DNA of 64,000 nucleotides from Nitrospira sp. (GTDB taxonomy: Bacteria; Nitrospirota; Nitrospiria; Nitrospirales; Nitrospiraceae): assembly GCA_047150005.1 (NCBI GenBank), contig AP038806.1:1152001-1216000 (forward strand). The letters are read 5' to 3'. The stretch's first letter is position 1; each line of letters starts with the position of its first letter. Shown piece after piece: positions 39,221 through 48,678 of this stretch. Below the pieces are notes generated by a model. The model did not search any database. It was given only the letters and a program-made list of their open reading frames with translations, and was not told the DNA's origin. Made by a program: the position numbers and the translations under genes.

Positions 39221-40009
39221 TTACGGTTTCGGCTGAATGCCGACGTCCATCACCTGGTTTTCTTCGTCCACCAACAGCACGGCGGCATCGCCTTTGGATA
39301 ACGTGACCAGCCTCGGCTGAATGAGCGGACGCACCTGGTACGACTGCTCCTTGCCATCCTCGGTGCGAATGACGATCGCATTGTCCTTCAAGGGCTTCAG
39401 GATCACACCCGAGACCTGGGCGAGGTTTCCCTTGAGAGGCGATTTGTGTTGTCCGAGTTCGGCCGATCGATGAACTGATTCCACGCTCCCCATCGTGACG
39501 TCGACGATCTTATCCAACTCGTCGATGAGAAAAACGACATCCGCCCCAACGGGCGTCGAAGCCACCTTGCTTTTCGCGACCGGTCGTATGAGGTGAGACT
39601 CTTCTTCCCCATCCGTCGTGCGAATGACCGCCTTATCGGATCCGGTCGGCATCGGTTCGGCGAGTCGCCCGCGCACCACACGGTGGTGGCCGGCCTCGCC
39701 GGCTTTGTGCACATCGACCAGCAAATTCTGCTCATTGACGGTGATCTCAACCAGGTCTCCTTTTTTCAAGTCCTCCAATCCCTTGGCTTTTCGTACGTTC
39801 ATCGGGAGATACCGAGGCTCTCCCTCGCTCATATGGATTCTTGCCTGATCGCTTCTGATTTCCTCGACCGTGCCAAGCAACACCCGGTCTCCGGAAAGCA
39901 GCTGCGGCTGAGCCTGCTTGACATCAGACGCAGCGCCGGCAATTGCAGTTGCTGAGAGCCACCAGACGCATAACATAACAAGTCGCCATGTGCTGTTTCG
40001 TGTCCTCAT
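39221..40009 (-). CDS. Secreted protein with three beta-rich repeats, same repeat type as 25482..26402
   Basis: Signal peptide; repeats end VNEQNLLVDVH, IDELDKIVDV, VDEENQVMDV. Confidence 0.78.
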   Translation of the reverse strand: MRTRNSTWRLVMLCVWWLSATAIAGAASDVKQAQPQLLSGDRVLLGTVEEIRSDQARIHMSEGEPRYLPMNVRKAKGLEDLKKGDLVEITVNEQNLLVDVHKAGEAGHHRVVRGRLAEPMPTGSDKAVIRTTDGEEESHLIRPVAKSKVASTPVGADVVFLIDELDKIVDVTMGSVESVHRSAELGQHKSPLKGNLAQVSGVILKPLKDNAIVIRTEDGKEQSYQVRPLIQPRLVTLSKGDAAVLLVDEENQVMDVGIQPKP

Positions 40010-40074
40010 AATGTCCTTTCTGGACCGTGGTTGAGCAGAGATTGTCCCGTCTTTGTTCATGATCACATGCACTT

Positions 40075-40722
40075 TCAGAGATTCTTTCTCAACCGAACGA
40101 TCTTTCCCCGCACGTCGTCCTTATTCGTCAGCGGCAGGTCGTCATACTTCCGGTTCAGGGGATGGAACATGGAGTGGCTGCCAATGCTTTTCACTTGCCG
40201 AAGCAGCATGCCATCCGTGCGTCCATCCGGGCTCTTCGCAATGACATAGTCTCCAGGCCCCCACTCCTGCTCGGGATTCACAAAAATCATCTCCCCCATG
40301 CTGAACAGGGGCTCCATCGAGTCGTCTTGTACTTTCAAGGCGAACGTGCGTGTCCCCGCCACGTCCGTCGTTTCCACCATCGCTTCGGCGTGGATGCCCC
40401 CTGGAAGATGCTCGCGGGCGACCATCCGACCGATCTGATCCCAGCTCAACAATGGAATCTTCCGAATTTCACCAGCAGCGGAATGGTGGGTGCTGCCTGG
40501 CAGGTGAACCGTCGTGCCTGAGTGTGCCGACGCGCCGGTCCGAAGGAAATCCACATCCAACCGAAAGTACCGTGCAAATTTCTCCCAGATGGCGCGGTCT
40601 TGAGGGAGCTTGTCGGCCAGAATGTTCACGATTGTCCGAACGGAGACCTCGACTGCCGAGGCCAACTCTGCTTCGGTCAATCCTTCACCGAGCTCTCGAT
40701 GCACAAGACCTTTCAGGTTCAT
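40075..40722 (-). CDS. XRE-HTH / S24-domain transcriptional regulator (paralog 2)
   Basis: Close paralog of 29621..30247 (HREL.EG.TE, YFR.DVDFLR, DDSMEPLF, RKNL end). Confidence 0.88.
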   Translation of the reverse strand: MNLKGLVHRELGEGLTEAELASAVEVSVRTIVNILADKLPQDRAIWEKFARYFRLDVDFLRTGASAHSGTTVHLPGSTHHSAAGEIRKIPLLSWDQIGRMVAREHLPGGIHAEAMVETTDVAGTRTFALKVQDDSMEPLFSMGEMIFVNPEQEWGPGDYVIAKSPDGRTDGMLLRQVKSIGSHSMFHPLNRKYDDLPLTNKDDVRGKIVRLRKNL

Positions 40723-40794
40723 TGGGTGGCCCTCCTACACTTTCTCAGCCGATGGAGAACAGGGACCCGCTGGGGCTCCTCTTCCATCCGTTCA

Positions 40795-41442
40795 TTATTG
40801 ACGTCCCAGCGAATCCCAATCAGCCAAGAACTTTTTGAGTCCACTATCGGTGAGCGGATGCTTGACCAACTGTTGGAAAATTGAAGACGGCATGGTACAG
40901 ATATGGCTGCCCACCAACGCCGCCTCGACGACGTGTTGCGGATGCCGTACGCTCGCCACCAGTACATAGGTATTCAAGTCATAATTCTTGTAGATCGTCA
41001 CAATCTGACGGACCAATTCCATCCCGTTTGAGCTCACATCGTCTAATCGACCGATAAACGGCGAGACACACCAGGCACCGGCCTTGGCGGCGAGCAAGGC
41101 TTGAGTCGGGGAAAAGCAGAGCGTGACGTTGACTCTAATGCCCTCGACCGTAAGACGCTTGGTAGCCTTGAGCCCTTCCGTAATGAGCGGGACCTTCACT
41201 ACGATATTCTTGTGGATGTTGGCGAGATCCTTCCCTTCTTTCACCATCGCATCAGCTTCGAGGCTGACGACCTCCGCACTGACCGGCCCATCGACAATGT
41301 TGCAGATCTCGACGAGTGCTTCGCGAAAACTGCGTCCTTCCTTCGCCACGAGCGAAGGGTTGGTCGTCACGCCGTCCAGCAGGCCAAGACTCGTCGCCTC
41401 TCCAATCTCTTTTACGTTCGCGGTGTCCAAATAGAGTTTCAT
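40795..41442 (-). CDS. tal: Transaldolase / fructose-6-phosphate aldolase (FSA/TalC type)
   Basis: [31 protein letters not shown]. Confidence 0.9.
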   Translation of the reverse strand: MKLYLDTANVKEIGEATSLGLLDGVTTNPSLVAKEGRSFREALVEICNIVDGPVSAEVVSLEADAMVKEGKDLANIHKNIVVKVPLITEGLKATKRLTVEGIRVNVTLCFSPTQALLAAKAGAWCVSPFIGRLDDVSSNGMELVRQIVTIYKNYDLNTYVLVASVRHPQHVVEAALVGSHICTMPSSIFQQLVKHPLTDSGLKKFLADWDSLGRQ

Positions 41443-41752
41443 TGTGACATCCTTCCTTCATCGCCCATTGGACGAATTGTCCCTTTTCGCGCCGGCCGAA
41501 TTCCTACCACCCAAGAATCAAGACAATGGAATCCCCCCTTCATGAGTACTTACCGAACAGGAACAGTCCTTTGGGAATGCCGGCTCTCTGAATCTCAAGT
41601 GACCTACGCGGAGGCGAGCGGTTGAATTGCAATCGAGTCAGGAAGTCATCCTTCGGTATTGGACGCACGAATCTCCAATACACGACTAGACCGGCAGGTG
41701 AACAACCTAACCCAACCCAAAGCTTCGCAAGATGCAATTTCATGTGTAATTG

Positions 41753-42019
41753 CTATCTGTTGCGAGACAGATCGTTGACGGGGAACAACCTGTAAAGCCA
41801 CGTACGCAACCGATCTTTTAAGGCTAGCGCGAGGAAGACAGAACCGAAAACGAGAAAGAGCCAGCGTCCGCAACTCCCGGCAAACTCACAGCTGTCGGAG
41901 ACATTTCGCGTCAGCCAACTCATCAGACGCCGCCACCCATTCATGTCCTCCGTAAAGACACCGCCGAAACTTAGAAGAAAACTCACGGCTGACAAGGCCG
42001 CAAATATTTGCTTCCGCAT
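41753..42019 (-). CDS. Hypothetical small protein with a signal-peptide-like start (possibly degenerate)
   Basis: Strong AAGGAGGT RBS; overlaps the 3' tail of the PilZ ORF. Confidence 0.35.
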   Translation of the reverse strand: MRKQIFAALSAVSFLLSFGGVFTEDMNGWRRLMSWLTRNVSDSCEFAGSCGRWLFLVFGSVFLALALKDRLRTWLYRLFPVNDLSRNR

Positions 42020-42527
42020 GGCGCACCTCCTTGAGGACAACACGCAAGGCCACGGCCGTGAACCTCATAACGTTCAAAGGAGCTTGCACGGTACAGCCGA
42101 GCCTTGGAACCAGTAAGAGCCGACTGACACCCGAAACGATCTGTCCCAAGAGTAGGCGGGACGGCATACCTGCCCGCTTTTCTAATCCATTCCGGAATAC
42201 ACCATGTTCTGTCTGCGCCAGTCTCGAGATGGTCAGGCTGATTCGATCGGCAACTTTGGGTTCAGGTTCATCGAACTCCACTCCGAAGTTTAATCCCTTG
42301 ACCCATTTCACGATCGCGCGATCAACCCGCAGGAGATTGGGGTCGCCTGGCACAAAGATTTGCAATGCGAGCGGCATCCCAGGAGAGACGGATGCATTGC
42401 CGTTAATATGGCCTCCGCTCAGTGACAGATCTTCGATAAGTCCTTCACCGGCCATCCAGACTCCGAGGTACCGCACCGGCACCAATCGCCTGAACCGATG
42501 ATTCTTCCGGGCAATAAATTGAACCAT
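41886..42527 (-). CDS. PilZ domain protein (C-terminal tail may be spurious read-through)
   Basis: RKNHR and DLSLSG c-di-GMP motifs, VKWV..FGVEF. Confidence 0.7.
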   Translation of the reverse strand: MVQFIARKNHRFRRLVPVRYLGVWMAGEGLIEDLSLSGGHINGNASVSPGMPLALQIFVPGDPNLLRVDRAIVKWVKGLNFGVEFDEPEPKVADRISLTISRLAQTEHGVFRNGLEKRAGMPSRLLLGQIVSGVSRLLLVPRLGCTVQAPLNVMRFTAVALRVVLKEVRHAEANICGLVSREFSSKFRRCLYGGHEWVAASDELADAKCLRQL

Positions 42528-43070
42528 GTTGTTTCCCTCTCAATAATGGTGCCTGGTTCCCGAGACCTTCCGAGACCTTCTTTGGACTGTCGCGATCACT
42601 CTGTCCGCCTTCCCGACTGTCTGGAGTCTTGTAATGGCTCCGCTCTTTTCTCACTGAAGAGAAATAACGAGCAAGATGTATTCCCGATGTTCCTGGACGA
42701 GCGATGGATCTGGAGGACGCGAGAGAGGCGCCAAATACAGGGGTTAGGGGCTATCTTCTCGATAGCCCGAGTGGGAGGGATAGCCGGATCCCACTGGATC
42801 AACCTGTCGCACTGTGCCAGGTGAGCGAAACTGCTCGACAGGACGCTCAAACAAACTCCTGAATTTCAGTATTCGCACGCCCTTCGTGAGAGTCGTCGAC
42901 TACTCAGGCGAAGCCTCGCTTCCTTGGGTCGGCGGATAACCACCTCCAGCAGCTTCCTCTTCTAACCAATCGCTTGCGTCCCGTTGGCTCTTCATCGCTG
43001 TTACATACTCTGACGCGCGCGGAGATACACCTCCGGTATCCGCATTCTTCTTTGTGAGTGGCGCCCGCTA

Positions 43071-43092
43071 GTCAAGCGAAGCCTCGCTTGAC
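43071..43092. repeat. Hairpin GTCAAGCGA-AGCC-TCGCTTGAC, with a partial second copy near 42906-42921
   Basis: Read directly from the sequence. Confidence 0.5.
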
Positions 43093-43317
43093 CGCACTGA
43101 CGGACACACGTCTGTCATAGGATACCTAACAAGTCTCACTCACGAAACCGCCCGGCCCGTTCATCACTATTCTTTTCCTTTGCAGCTCTTCAGCCATACC
43201 GTGCTATAGTGGCTTCACAAGTCCACGTGACGTGGCCCATTCCCAAGTCCTGCACTCCGGACTGTTGTCTTATTCACTCGGCAGAGAGCTGACCATGGAG
43301 TCTGTCTGCGTATCTTC

Positions 43318-44943
43318 TTGATCCACGTTCGCGATCCCCAGTTCTACGCCCTTCCCGCAAAGACCCGCGCACGAAATGGGCATCTTCGTGTGATGGGATT
43401 TCCACCCATCGGCATCATGTCGCTGTCAGCGGTCTTGAAGCAGGCGGGACACGAGTGCGTCATGTTCGACCAGGCCAATCCGGACACGCCCAACCAGGTG
43501 ATCATCGAGCAGATTAGTCGGGAACAGCCGGATTTGGTAGGCCTGAGCTTTTTGAGTACCACCAGCTATCCCTATGCCAAAATTCTCGCCAGACAAATTC
43601 GCGCTGTCAATCGGCAGGTGAAACTGGCGTTTGGTGGGGTTTTTGCCAGCCTCAATGCGCCGCTCGTCAAGCTGCAATGCCCGGAAGTCGATTTCGTGTG
43701 TCGTGGCGATGGTGAGCAACTGATTCTGGACCTGCTGGTGCGATTGAATGATCCTGAAGAGGTGGCCGGCCTGACGTGGATGAAGGATGGCAAGGTCCGC
43801 CAGAATCCCGGCCGTCCCACAGAACGACGCCTCGATCAATGGCCCTTTCCCGACCGAGAAAGCCTCAAGCTAGATTTCATCGAATCGATGCCCCTCGACG
43901 TGCCCGCGGTGCTGTCCATGGAACGCTTCACGACGATGCAAACATCCCGGGGGTGCCCATGGCCCTGTGTCTTCTGCGACATACCCATTTTTAACGAAGG
44001 CAAATGGCGCGCCCGAAGTGCCCACCATGTTGTGGCCGAACTGAAGCACCTTCAAGAACTCGGCTATGGCTCGGTGTACTTTGTCGACGACCACTTCCTG
44101 CTCCAACCTAAACGGATTGAAGCCATTTGCTCCGGCATTACGAATGAGGGGTTGACGATTCAGTGGGGCATCGAAGGACGAGTGGATTCGGTCGCCCAAC
44201 ATTTGTTCCCGGCCATGGCGAAGGCGCATTGTCGAACCGTCATGTTTGGGATTGAAAGCGGGAGTCAAAAAATCTTAGACCGGCTGCGCAAAGAGCAGAC
44301 CCTCGAAGAAGTGCGAACCGCGGTTACCAATGCGAAGCGAGCCGGGATTGAAATTGTCCATGGCTTTTTCACGGTCGGCAATCCCGACGAAACAACCGAC
44401 GACATGAAGGCGACATTCGACTTTGCGTCCCAATTGCCTCTTGATACGTTCGGCTTTAATCGACTGTGTGTCTATCGGGGGACGCCCCTCTGGCAGGAGT
44501 ATGTGAAGCGCGGGTTGGTCACCGAGGCGACGGACTGGTACAAATACTTCAAATGTTCCGAAATCGACCCCACGTGCCTGCCCGGTGAAACAATCAACCG
44601 CTTGAGACAAGAAGGCCTTAGGCGGCTCTTCCTGTACAAGCTGACGCGCTATCCCATTCAGACGTTCAAGTTGTTGCGTCGGTTCCTTCGGTATATGCCG
44701 GTCCGCGATGTGTTGTATCTCATCATCAAACCCTTCCTCGGCCAGAAAAAAGGGGCGACGAAGGCGGAGGTGCTCTCGCGTGCCGTTGAGCATGCGGAGA
44801 TCAAAGATGCGGCGGCACAGCTCACCCATCTTACCGATGAGATGCTGCACCACGTGCTCGACGTATCGCGAGCGGAACGGCTGCGCATCCATGAAGAAGC
44901 GGAGAACCCTCGCGAGCTTCCTGTGATTCCGGCGCGTTCATAG
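43318..44943 (+). CDS. B12-binding domain radical SAM protein (start uncertain)
   Basis: PPIGIMSL, GGVFAS, RGDGE, TSRGCPWPCVFC, GIESGS. Confidence 0.9.
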   Translation: MIHVRDPQFYALPAKTRARNGHLRVMGFPPIGIMSLSAVLKQAGHECVMFDQANPDTPNQVIIEQISREQPDLVGLSFLSTTSYPYAKILARQIRAVNRQVKLAFGGVFASLNAPLVKLQCPEVDFVCRGDGEQLILDLLVRLNDPEEVAGLTWMKDGKVRQNPGRPTERRLDQWPFPDRESLKLDFIESMPLDVPAVLSMERFTTMQTSRGCPWPCVFCDIPIFNEGKWRARSAHHVVAELKHLQELGYGSVYFVDDHFLLQPKRIEAICSGITNEGLTIQWGIEGRVDSVAQHLFPAMAKAHCRTVMFGIESGSQKILDRLRKEQTLEEVRTAVTNAKRAGIEIVHGFFTVGNPDETTDDMKATFDFASQLPLDTFGFNRLCVYRGTPLWQEYVKRGLVTEATDWYKYFKCSEIDPTCLPGETINRLRQEGLRRLFLYKLTRYPIQTFKLLRRFLRYMPVRDVLYLIIKPFLGQKKGATKAEVLSRAVEHAEIKDAAAQLTHLTDEMLHHVLDVSRAERLRIHEEAENPRELPVIPARS

Positions 44944-45211
44944 AAAACCCTTCTGCTCGCGGCTTGAACACGCTAACATAACACCGCGCACCAGAAGCAA
45001 TCGCCGGCTCTATGCCTGATCTCGTTCAGCCGGCATCCGGGGAAAGCGGTCGAGGAAGCCCCTTCAAGTTGGGTAGGTTCTCAGCGTTCAACGGTTGGGC
45101 TCCGCTCCGAGATCGGTGGATTCGCGAAAGAATCGCCGTAGGATCGTTGCACAAGCGCCGAGACTGCCGACCGAAAGACTGTTTTGTCACCAGAAAGGAT
45201 GACTGCTAGCC

Positions 45212-45535
45212 ATGACGGACCTGAATGCGGGTAAGAAGTGGATGCGAATTCCCGATGGCACGAAAGTTCGTCTTGCCGAGGGAGGGCAGGAGGGTGTGAT
45301 AGACGGATTGACTGAATTCATCGTGGGAGCGGCCAGAAATCCAGATGGCCGGACGCAATACCGCATCAACACGGGCGATTCAGCTCGGCTGCTCGTCGCG
45401 GAGGCGGAATTGCTCGTTCTGACGGATACGGATGGTGTAGTCCTTATGCTGAAGCAAAACATCGATTATCGCCGCATCGTGACCGGCTGGCTACGGGATG
45501 AACTCTCGGCCGATCGCTTCGCGCGCGAAACCTAA
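45212..45535 (+). CDS. Hypothetical protein
   Basis: AAAGGA RBS; protein-like composition. Confidence 0.6.
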   Translation: MTDLNAGKKWMRIPDGTKVRLAEGGQEGVIDGLTEFIVGAARNPDGRTQYRINTGDSARLLVAEAELLVLTDTDGVVLMLKQNIDYRRIVTGWLRDELSADRFARET

Positions 45536-45576
45536 ACGGCGATCCCGCCCTGTGATGGGCGAACGCATCGGCAGGA

Positions 45577-45765
45577 TCAGTCCAGCGGGGGCTGAGGCCC
45601 CCATCGGAGTCCCTGCAAATCCGGATCTTCGCCTTCCGGGCCTGGAATGCGCGAAGCTTTTTCAGCCTTGCGAAGCGCGCGCTTTGCGTCCTTTTCTTGG
45701 CGTTGTCGTTGCAATGCCTTTTCCCGGTCGCGTTTTGCCAGCGTGGTCTTGCCTGCTCGTCCGAT
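45577..45765 (-). CDS. Small basic protein with putative non-canonical ATC start (not in ORF track)
   Basis: AAGGAGG-5nt-ATC, then GRAGKTTLAKRDREKALQRQRQEKDAKRALRKAEKASRIPGPEGEDPDLQGLRWGPQPPLD*. Confidence 0.7.
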   Translation of the reverse strand: MGRAGKTTLAKRDREKALQRQRQEKDAKRALRKAEKASRIPGPEGEDPDLQGLRWGPQPPLD

Positions 45766-46315
45766 GGCGTCCTCCTTGAGAGAGAATCCTATTATTGGCG
45801 CGGTCTTTGCGTGTTTACCTGTTACTCGGTTGCACCACGGCGTCTGACTCTCTTCCCGCCGGATTCACGATTCCCACGTCCGCTTGTCGCCTGCTCTCTG
45901 GACCTTGATTTCGTGCTTTCACCAAGACCTTGGCTGGCCAGCGATGACACCGTTTTTCTAATCGTGTCGATCGCAGTGGGTTCGATCACATCGGGGTCGG
46001 ACAACCCTAGCAGTTCCCACCGAATCTTCGGTCTAAACGTCGACCGGTTCTTCTTTTTCCTTGTGTTGTTGCGCTTCCAAACGCTTGAGACCTTCATCAA
46101 CAAATCCTTTCTTGGATTTCAATCTGATGCGCTAACGGTACCCAACCACCACGACACAGACTTCAACTCCCATCCCCACCGTGATCTCCTTCCTCTGCGG
46201 CGGACGGTGCCAATTCACACAAGGGACCGAATGACCAACGGAACTCCGGGATCGCGCGAACCAACGAACGAGAGTGCGGAGGCGCGGGAACGAGGTGTGG
46301 AAGGTTCGGTCTATT

Positions 46316-46344
46316 ACTTTATCATTACGCAGGTCCGGCGTCAA
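46316..46344 (-). promoter_or_regulatory. Sigma70-type promoter
   Basis: TTGACG-N17-TAAAGT with a TG extension. Confidence 0.65.
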
Positions 46345-46519
46345 AGCACGACTCCGGCAGGTCTACACGGCATTGGTGGTTCGGGCATTGTCGTAAGTGT
46401 GCCCCACATCGGGCACAAGCCCTCTCACGCGCCAGAGTCCTCTCCAAGGAATTCGTGCACTATCACGCATTTGTCCCAGGCTTTCATCTATACTATGGCA
46501 AGTGGTCGAGGGAGATGGT

Positions 46520-47554
46520 ATGGGTCTCACGTTATTGAAGCGAAACAATCCCCTCTCGTCCTCCGCCGAACAGCTGAGGCGCTTGTCGGAAACAGCCTCT
46601 TGCCCTCCATTCGACACACGGCTAGGGCAGGCCGATCTCTTCCCCCTTCAGGCGACGGGAATCACCGTGTTCCAAATCAACGTTGGAAAACTCTGCAATC
46701 AGACCTGCAGACATTGCCATGTGGATGCCGGTCCGGACCGCCTGGAACGCATGACGAGAGAGACGGCGGAACAATGCATCCGGGCACTGGCCGACACGGA
46801 CATTCCGACCGTCGACATCACGGGCGGGGCTCCGGAGCTGAATCAGAATTTTCGCTGGCTCGTGGAACACGCCCGCCATCTCGGTCGCCATGTCATCGAT
46901 CGGTGTAACTTGACCGTCCTCCTTGTTCCTTCCCAATCGGACCTCGCGGAATTCCTTGCGCGCCATCAGGTCGAAGTCATCGCATCACTGCCGTATTTCC
47001 GCGCGAGACAGACCGAGGCACAACGAGGAGAAGGCGTGTTTGAAAGGTCCATCGAGGGATTGCAGCGACTCAATCGGCTGGGATATGGGAAAACCGGCAG
47101 CGGCCTGCAGCTGAATTTGGTGTACAATCCGGTCGGCGCCTTTCTTCCTCCCAAACAAGAGGCGATCGAGGCGCAGTTTCGGAAGGAACTCCGCGCCCGG
47201 CACGGAGTGGAATTCAACCGCCTCTATACGATCACGAACATGCCGATCAGCCGCTTCCTGGAATTTCTCCTGGAGAGCGGCAACTACGAAGGCTACATGG
47301 AACGGCTCGCCAACGCGTTCAATCCGGCGGCCGCCTCCGGAGTCATGTGCCGTTACACGATTTCGGTCGGGTGGGACGGCGTGCTGTACGACTGCGACTT
47401 CAACCAAATGCTGAATCTTCCGCTGAGGGAGAACCCCGCCCACATCCTTAACTTTGACCTCGCGCGACTGCGACACCGTGGAATCGTGACCGGAAATCAC
47501 TGCTACGGTTGCACCGCCGGCGCCGGATCCTCTTGCGGCGGCGCCGTCACCTGA
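46520..47554 (+). CDS. Radical SAM / Cys-rich C-terminal protein, ArsS (DUF3641) family
   Basis: CNQTCRHCHVDAGP, DITGGAPE, NMPISRF, YDCDFNQM, HCYGCTAGAGSSCGG. Confidence 0.88.
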   Translation: MGLTLLKRNNPLSSSAEQLRRLSETASCPPFDTRLGQADLFPLQATGITVFQINVGKLCNQTCRHCHVDAGPDRLERMTRETAEQCIRALADTDIPTVDITGGAPELNQNFRWLVEHARHLGRHVIDRCNLTVLLVPSQSDLAEFLARHQVEVIASLPYFRARQTEAQRGEGVFERSIEGLQRLNRLGYGKTGSGLQLNLVYNPVGAFLPPKQEAIEAQFRKELRARHGVEFNRLYTITNMPISRFLEFLLESGNYEGYMERLANAFNPAAASGVMCRYTISVGWDGVLYDCDFNQMLNLPLRENPAHILNFDLARLRHRGIVTGNHCYGCTAGAGSSCGGAVT

Positions 47555-47600
47555 CCTCGCCGTCCTCCGGGGCATGGCGTCAAGCTCGACCTGCGCAACG

Positions 47601-48464
47601 TCATTCCGATGAGCTGCCGTAATAGGTAATCGTTCGTTCCGTCACTTCGGTGGATGCGGCTTCATCACCGGACACGAGCGACCGGCGCATGGTCCTGGCG
47701 ATCCAGTTTCCCTGCGCGTCGAACTCATAGCTCGACAGACGTGCCCCGTTCAATGAGGAGTCGCTCGAATTCGTCGTGTCCTCACGCGTCTGATTGCCTC
47801 GCCGGTCATATTGATACGAGACCTTGCTGTCCAGAACGCCGTCGGGACGGTACTCCAACTGTTCGGCAAGTCGCCCCTGTTCATCATAGCGATAGCCCGT
47901 CGAGGTGAGGAGCCCATCATTTTTGTAGTTCCGCCTGGCGACGACCTTTCCATGCGGACCGAATTCATAGGTCCGTTTGAACAACGAACGGAAGCGGTAG
48001 GAGAGATCCTCCTGTAACCTCCCCGCAGCGTCGTAGGAGTACAGTGTCAACGACGAAAACGTCCCACACATGTTGTACGAAGCCTCCGCGAGGACTCTGC
48101 CGCCCTTGTCGTAGGCATAGGCCCGAGACAGATACGGTACCCCGTCTCCCTCATCGATCATTTCACGCGTGCGCCGGCCTTGGGAATCGTACTCATAGAC
48201 CGCCTTCTGCGGCGGCCCGCCCAGATCCGGCTGATCGGGGGGAGGGGCGCTGCGCGTGACCGTTTCAAGCAGAGCCCCGTCGCGACTGTAGGTCCTGGTC
48301 GCGCTCGTTCCTCCCGTCCTACTGACGACACGGTGAACCAGACCGACCAGACCATCGCGGTCCCTATCTGTGTTCCCCTGAGCTGCAGCGCCACCTAGCG
48401 TGAGGCTTGCGACAATGGCCCCCGCCACATAGAAGGACCAGGCATACGCGACGCGCGATTTCAT
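47601..48464 (-). CDS. Secreted YD-repeat protein
   Basis: Signal peptide; YEYDSQGR, YAYDKGGR, YSYDAAGR, YRYDEQGR, YQYDRRGN, YEFDAQGNW. Confidence 0.8.
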   Translation of the reverse strand: MKSRVAYAWSFYVAGAIVASLTLGGAAAQGNTDRDRDGLVGLVHRVVSRTGGTSATRTYSRDGALLETVTRSAPPPDQPDLGGPPQKAVYEYDSQGRRTREMIDEGDGVPYLSRAYAYDKGGRVLAEASYNMCGTFSSLTLYSYDAAGRLQEDLSYRFRSLFKRTYEFGPHGKVVARRNYKNDGLLTSTGYRYDEQGRLAEQLEYRPDGVLDSKVSYQYDRRGNQTREDTTNSSDSSLNGARLSSYEFDAQGNWIARTMRRSLVSGDEAASTEVTERTITYYGSSSE

Positions 48465-48678
48465 GGAGGCCTCCTCAACCTTGTCGCCGGCTCGACTGGA
48501 GGAGGGCCGGAGCCGCCATACTCCCTAACGGAGCCACCGTTCCTGAGGAGCTACGGAACACACACGCTACAATCGGCTGGCGGAACGTGCAGATCAGTCT
48601 GGAGCGCGTGCACGCGACAGCGGCTCTGTCCTGATCGGCGATCTATCTCAGGACGGTGATCGGACGGATCAGGCAGGT

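Noticed and set aside
29621..40722. Prophage, suggested by two CI-like repressors
   Set aside because: No integrase, replication, structural or lysis genes and no att-like repeats seen
44944..45211. Possible structured ncRNA in the intergenic region
   Set aside because: Only isolated small hairpins; no recognisable RNA family signature
45697..46908. 403-aa plus-strand ORF
   Set aside because: No motifs; spans an intergenic/promoter region and overlaps the radical SAM gene out of frame
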